A DNA stretch of 64,000 nt, from positions 64,001-128,000 of the forward strand of contig JBNLAH010000005.1 in the NCBI GenBank assembly GCA_050302075.1, given 5' to 3'. Made by a program: the position numbers and the translations under genes. A model generated the notes under the pieces. It was not told the DNA's origin and did not search any database. It saw nothing but the letters and a program-made list of their open reading frames with translations. Positions 59,257 through 64,000 of the stretch are shown in pieces. The stretch comes from Parachlamydiales bacterium. Its GTDB lineage: Bacteria; Chlamydiota; Chlamydiia; Chlamydiales; SM23-39. The stretch's first letter is position 1. Every line of letters starts with the position of its first letter.

Positions 59257-61770
59257 TTGAACGAGGAAAATAATAAACCAGAAAAGCATTTTGAAAATGT
59301 TCCTGAGATAGAGGTTGAAAATAAGAAAAATCTTCCTAAGATAGTCCCTCTTTTCCCGGAAGAGTTATTTATCGTACCTCTTTTAAGAAGGCCATTTTTC
59401 CCTGGCATGGCTGCTCCAATTATTATTGAACCTGGAGCATATTATGAAGTACTTAAGCAAGTGGCAAAAACTGACCATAAATGTATGGGATTGTTTTTAA
59501 CAAAAGATGAAAATGCAAGTATTTATAAGATTGGGATCGACGATATCTATCGAGTCGGAGTGGTCGCAAGAGTGCTAAGAATCATTCCATTAGAGCAAGG
59601 TGGTGCCCAGGTAGTCCTAAATATGGAAAAAAGAATTTCCATAGTTGAGCCGATAAAAGACCAGTACTTAAAAGCTAAAATTAAATATCATGAAGACACT
59701 CCACCTGAAGAGCTATCCAAAGAGTTGAAGGCATACTCAATTAGCATTATAACAACTATAAAAGAGCTTTTAAAGTTAAACCCTTTGTTCAAAGAAGAAT
59801 TGCAGATCTTTCTTGGGCACTCTGATTTTACAGAGCCTGGTAGGTTAGCAGATTTTGCAGTAGCTTTAACTACTGCAACAAGAGAAGAGCTGCAAGACGT
59901 TTTAAAAACTCTTGATATCCAAGGGAGAATAGACAAAGCATTGATTCTTCTCAAAAAAGAGCTTGATTTAAGTCGTTTACAAAGCAACATCAATCAAAGA
60001 ATTGAAGCTAATATTTCTAAAACACAAAGAGAGTTTTTCTTAAAAGAACAGCTAAAAGCGATAAAAAAAGAATTAGGACTTGAAAAAGAAGATAAATATT
60101 TTGATATAGAAAAATTCGATGCACGTTTGAAAAAGTGCAAGGTTCCTGAGGCTGTAACAAAAGTTATAGATGATGAAATGGAAAAACTTAGCTCTTTGGA
60201 AATTCAATCGCCTGAATATACAGTATGTCGTAACTATTTGGACTGGTTGACAGCTGTTCCCTGGGGGATTTTTACTAAAGAGAATAATGATTTAGATCAT
60301 GCTGAAAAGATACTGGAAGAAGATCATTATGGACTTAAGGACATTAAAGAAAGAATTCTTGAGTTTATTGGGGTTGGAAAGCTCACCAAAGGAATTAAAG
60401 GAAGCATAATATGCTTGGTAGGACCCCCAGGAGTTGGAAAGACAAGCATTGGTAAAAGTGTTGCAAGAGCATTAAATCGCAAGTTTTACCGCTTTTCTGT
60501 TGGTGGTATGAGGGATGAAGCTGAAATAAAAGGTCATAGAAGAACATATATTGGTTCTATGCCGGGAAAGATGATCCAAGCTCTAAAAAATACTGAAGCA
60601 ATGAACCCTGTGATTATGATTGATGAGATTGATAAAATGGGAATGAGTTATCATGGAGATCCAGCATCAGCTCTTTTAGAGGTGTTAGATCCGGAACAAA
60701 ACAAAGATTTTTTAGATCATTATTTAGATGTACCTTGTGATTTGTCTAACATTTTATTTATGGTAACAGCAAATATTATAGATACAATACCAGAGCCTTT
60801 GAAAGACAGGATGGAAATTCTTAGGTTATCTGGATATATTCAAGCTGAGAAAATTGAAATTGCGAAAAAATATCTAATTCCAAGAAACCGCAAGGAAATG
60901 GGATTAAAAGCAACTCAGATTAATTTCTCAAAAGGTGGGATATCACAGATAATTTACGGTTTTGCGAGAGAGGCTGGAGTTAGAAATTTAGAGAATCTGA
61001 TAAAAAAAATCTTGCGAAAAGTTGCTATGAAAGTTGCTCGAAAAAGTGAAAAGCAACCTTTCAAAAAAGTGAATATTACTGAAGATAATATAAGCGACTA
61101 TTTAGGAAAACCGATATTTACATCAGATAGATATTATGAAAAAACCCCAGTTGGAGTGACGACAGGTCTTGCTTGGACATCTTTGGGTGGGGCTACACTT
61201 TATGTTGAGGCCTCTGAGGCATCTGCACCTAGAACTGATATGAAACTAACTGGCCAAGCTGGGGATGTTATGCGAGAGTCAGCCCAAATTGCTTGGAGTT
61301 TTGTGCACAGCAAATCTAGTAGGTATGCACCAGGGATAGATTTTTTTCCACACGCCCAAGTGCATATTCATATACCAGAAGGAGCAACTCCTAAGGATGG
61401 TCCCTCAGCTGGTGTTACAATGGTCACTGCAATTTTATCTCTTTTGTTAAATCAAAGGGTGTTGGACGACCTTGGTATGACAGGGGAAATTACTCTTACG
61501 GGAAAAGTCCTTCGAATTGGTGGCGTTAAAGAAAAGCTGATTGCAGCTAGAAGGTCAAAATTAAAAGTTTTAATCTTTCCTCAAGATAATAAGCGGGACT
61601 TTGATGAGCTGCCAAGTTATTTGAAGAAAGGTTTAAAAGTCCATTTTGTAGATTATTATGACGACGTTTTCAGAATCGCATTCCCAAATGCAAAAATTAA
61701 GTTGGGAGAAAAAAAGCCTAGAAAAGCAACTCGATCAAAATCAACTAAAGCAAAAGGTAAAAGAGCTTAG
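59257..61770 (+). CDS. lon: Lon protease
   Basis: LON N-domain, GPPGVGKT, IDEIDK, PKDGPSAG, GGVKEK; TTG start. Confidence 0.98.
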   Translation: MNEENNKPEKHFENVPEIEVENKKNLPKIVPLFPEELFIVPLLRRPFFPGMAAPIIIEPGAYYEVLKQVAKTDHKCMGLFLTKDENASIYKIGIDDIYRVGVVARVLRIIPLEQGGAQVVLNMEKRISIVEPIKDQYLKAKIKYHEDTPPEELSKELKAYSISIITTIKELLKLNPLFKEELQIFLGHSDFTEPGRLADFAVALTTATREELQDVLKTLDIQGRIDKALILLKKELDLSRLQSNINQRIEANISKTQREFFLKEQLKAIKKELGLEKEDKYFDIEKFDARLKKCKVPEAVTKVIDDEMEKLSSLEIQSPEYTVCRNYLDWLTAVPWGIFTKENNDLDHAEKILEEDHYGLKDIKERILEFIGVGKLTKGIKGSIICLVGPPGVGKTSIGKSVARALNRKFYRFSVGGMRDEAEIKGHRRTYIGSMPGKMIQALKNTEAMNPVIMIDEIDKMGMSYHGDPASALLEVLDPEQNKDFLDHYLDVPCDLSNILFMVTANIIDTIPEPLKDRMEILRLSGYIQAEKIEIAKKYLIPRNRKEMGLKATQINFSKGGISQIIYGFAREAGVRNLENLIKKILRKVAMKVARKSEKQPFKKVNITEDNISDYLGKPIFTSDRYYEKTPVGVTTGLAWTSLGGATLYVEASEASAPRTDMKLTGQAGDVMRESAQIAWSFVHSKSSRYAPGIDFFPHAQVHIHIPEGATPKDGPSAGVTMVTAILSLLLNQRVLDDLGMTGEITLTGKVLRIGGVKEKLIAARRSKLKVLIFPQDNKRDFDELPSYLKKGLKVHFVDYYDDVFRIAFPNAKIKLGEKKPRKATRSKSTKAKGKRA

Positions 61771-62185
61771 ATCTGATAAGCTATCCATTGCTACTGTAAA
61801 TGGCTCTTTTGATTTATTGCATGCAGGGCATTTGAATATGCTTTATACTGCAGCTTGCTTAGCGGATAAATTGATTGTTTTGTTAAATACAGATGAATCA
61901 ATTCAAAAATATAAAAGCAAAGACAGGCCAATTATTCCCTTAAAGTATCGAATGCAGATGATTAGTGCTATTGAATTTGTTGACTATGTTAGTTTTTTTG
62001 AAGAGACAGATCCCTGCAGGATTCTAAGCTTGGTCAAGCCGGATATTCATGTTAATGGCGCTGAATATGGGGCAAACTGCATTGAAGCTAAGACAGTTAT
62101 TTCTAATGGTGGCAGGATTCATGTTGTTGATATTATAGAGGGATTCTCCACCACTAAAATTATTAAAAAGATAAAAAATATATGA
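61688..62185 (+). CDS. Cytidylyltransferase-family nucleotidyltransferase (HldE/RfaE adenylyltransferase-domain-like)
   Basis: NGSFDLLHAGH, LNTDESI, KPDIHVNG, STTKII; start chosen at ATG 61688, overlapping the lon 3' end. Confidence 0.82.
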   Translation: MQKLSWEKKSLEKQLDQNQLKQKVKELRSDKLSIATVNGSFDLLHAGHLNMLYTAACLADKLIVLLNTDESIQKYKSKDRPIIPLKYRMQMISAIEFVDYVSFFEETDPCRILSLVKPDIHVNGAEYGANCIEAKTVISNGGRIHVVDIIEGFSTTKIIKKIKNI

Positions 62186-63303
62186 GACTCGTCGCAAAAT
62201 TTGACAAGGAAAACCAAGCTAAAAAATATTCATTTCTTCTTCAAAAAGAAAGTATTGCAAACAGCATTGAATCAGAAGTAGATGAAAAAACTAATAAGAG
62301 ATCTTTACTTGTCTGGGTAGAAGATGAGGATTTAACAGAGAGAGCTGCTCAGCTTTATGATGAATTTATCAAAGATCCTGAGAATAAAAAATATGATGTT
62401 CCAGTTTCAAAAGCTTTTGCAAAGCCTTTGATCGAGGATATTCCAATTAAGATCACAGGTGAAAAAAAGAACAAGCTATCAATTACATTGACTATGATTG
62501 TCATTGGAATTTGCTCAATGATTTATCTGCTTAATTTCTTTCAAGAAGCTTATATAATGAAAAAAGAGGGGAAGAAAGTAGCTATTATTACACCTATTCA
62601 GCTTGCTCTTTTTTATGATGTTCCTAAGACATTATTAAAATTAAGTGAAACTTTAAAAAAATATCCAATTGATTCTTTTACATCTTTAGATGATGTTCCT
62701 CCTGAACTTGTGAAAGAACTTGAAGCTATAAACGAACTTCCTCAATGGAGAGGGTTTTATCCTTGGGCTTTGGAAAAAATTCAAAAGGCAAAAAAATCCC
62801 CAATTGGGGGAATGTTCTTAAAAATTCGCCAAGGACAAGTTTGGCGTCTTTTTTCTCCTTGTATTTTACATACTACGCTTTTGCACTTGTTGTTCAATAT
62901 GCTTTGGGTTGCTGTCTTATTAAAACAGATAGAGATGAAAGTGAAAAAATGGAAAATCATTTTATTGATTTTAGTAATTGGGATCTTTTCCAATACTTGT
63001 CAGTATTTAATGAGCGGTCCTTTATTTTTAGGTTTTTCCGGCGTAGTTGTAGGCCTTGCTGGATATATTTGGTCTAGGCAAAAGATTGCTCCATGGGAAG
63101 GTTATACAATCAATAAATCAACTTTTATATTTCTTGCAGTTTTTGTGTTTGGAATGATGGGATTACAATTATTATCTTTTGTTTTCCAGTCTTTTGGATC
63201 TAATTTTTTTCAATACAATATTGCAAACACAGCTCATATATCTGGTGGGCTGGCTGGTTGGATTTTAGGAAAATTTTCATTTTTTTCGATGGAGGTAAGT
63301 TGA
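62182..63303 (+). CDS. Rhomboid intramembrane serine protease (GlpG-like)
   Basis: WRL, HLLFNM, GFSG, AHISG. Confidence 0.92.
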   Translation: MRLVAKFDKENQAKKYSFLLQKESIANSIESEVDEKTNKRSLLVWVEDEDLTERAAQLYDEFIKDPENKKYDVPVSKAFAKPLIEDIPIKITGEKKNKLSITLTMIVIGICSMIYLLNFFQEAYIMKKEGKKVAIITPIQLALFYDVPKTLLKLSETLKKYPIDSFTSLDDVPPELVKELEAINELPQWRGFYPWALEKIQKAKKSPIGGMFLKIRQGQVWRLFSPCILHTTLLHLLFNMLWVAVLLKQIEMKVKKWKIILLILVIGIFSNTCQYLMSGPLFLGFSGVVVGLAGYIWSRQKIAPWEGYTINKSTFIFLAVFVFGMMGLQLLSFVFQSFGSNFFQYNIANTAHISGGLAGWILGKFSFFSMEVS

Positions 63304-64000
63304 GTATTAGGGATATTGTTATACTTGGGTGTTCTTCTCAACAACCAACTAGGAAAAGAAATCATGGAGCTTACTTATTTCGGTGGAATGAGCAAGGTTT
63401 ATTGTTTGATCCTGGTGAAGGGACTCAGCGTCAGTTTATTTTTGCAGAAGTTGCTCCAACTGTAGTCAGTCATATTTTTATAAGCCACTTTCATGGAGAC
63501 CATTGTTTGGGGGTGGGATCAATGTTGATGCGACTGAATCTTGATAAGGTGACCCATCCTATTCACTGTTTTTATCCTGCAAGTGGAAAAAAGAACTTTG
63601 AAGCTCTTCGCTACGGCTGCATATATCATGAGAATATCAATGTTGTTGAACATCCTGTAAAAGATAACGGCTTCGTTTTTCAAGACGATAAATTTACCAT
63701 TGAAGCTACTTTTTTAGAACATGGGATTGATAACATTGCATGGAGAGTGACAGAAAAAAATAAACTTAAATTCGACAAAAAAAAGCTTAAAGAGAATGGA
63801 ATTTCAGGCCCAATCATCAAAGAGCTTGAGTCGAGGAAGGAAATTCTGGTTAATGGCAGGAAAGTTCACATAGATGAAGTTAGCTGGATCAAGCAAGGGG
63901 ATAGCATTGCAGTCGCAATCGATACTAGATATTGCCCTCAGGCAATTGAAATAGCTAAAGATGCCAAGGTATTGCTATCAGAAAGTACCTATTTAGAAAA
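63300..64000 (+). CDS. rnz: Ribonuclease Z (partial, runs off window)
   Basis: TTG start after [40 protein letters not shown]. Confidence 0.93.
   Translation, partial: MSIRDIVILGCSSQQPTRKRNHGAYLFRWNEQGLLFDPGEGTQRQFIFAEVAPTVVSHIFISHFHGDHCLGVGSMLMRLNLDKVTHPIHCFYPASGKKNFEALRYGCIYHENINVVEHPVKDNGFVFQDDKFTIEATFLEHGIDNIAWRVTEKNKLKFDKKKLKENGISGPIIKELESRKEILVNGRKVHIDEVSWIKQGDSIAVAIDTRYCPQAIEIAKDAKVLLSESTYLE

Noticed and set aside
574..63077. Numerous 60-135 aa ORFs antisense to or nested in known genes (e.g. 29744-30151, 37727-38104, 41461-41796, 62745-63077)
   Set aside because: Shadow ORFs overlapping well-supported genes, with no motifs or RBS support
1..64000. CRISPR array, rRNA or IS elements
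   Set aside because: No regularly spaced direct repeats, rRNA-like sequence or transposase ORFs seen

Overview
AT-rich bacterial chromosome segment from an environmental member of the phylum Chlamydiota. The assignment rests on gene order recalled from Chlamydia: uppS-cdsA-cmk-plsC; trxA-trmL-mip-aspS-hisS-uhpC-dnaE-bamD-lptE-rsbW-dacC; lnt-lpxC-fabZ-lpxA-fmt; an S10/spc/alpha cluster lacking rpsJ, rpsN, rpmD, adk, map, infA, rpmJ and rpsD; gapA-grgA; and dnaJ-rpsU-tsaB-lon...rnz. Positions 1-40.4 kb and 57-64 kb are core genome. Between tRNA-Leu(TAA) (40378-40461) and dnaJ lies a ~16.5 kb accessory region with no integrase. It encodes a tail-anchored GT-B-like protein, exported hydrolases (alpha/beta hydrolase, phosphodiester glycosidase, an SH3-NlpC/P60-M15 double peptidoglycan peptidase), an exported sirtuin-like protein lacking the catalytic His and Zn domain, a candidate ADP-ribosyltransferase effector, a CPBP protease, an F-box/helical-repeat effector with two small related genes, purE-purK, an EEP phosphoesterase and a CaCA antiporter. 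In the core part, the notable items are a Cmk-PlsC fusion with a dnaX-like A AAA AAG/A9 site and an immediate -1-frame stop at the domain junction, and a CIRCE-like operator before dnaJ. All calls come from reading motifs by eye; no database searches were run.
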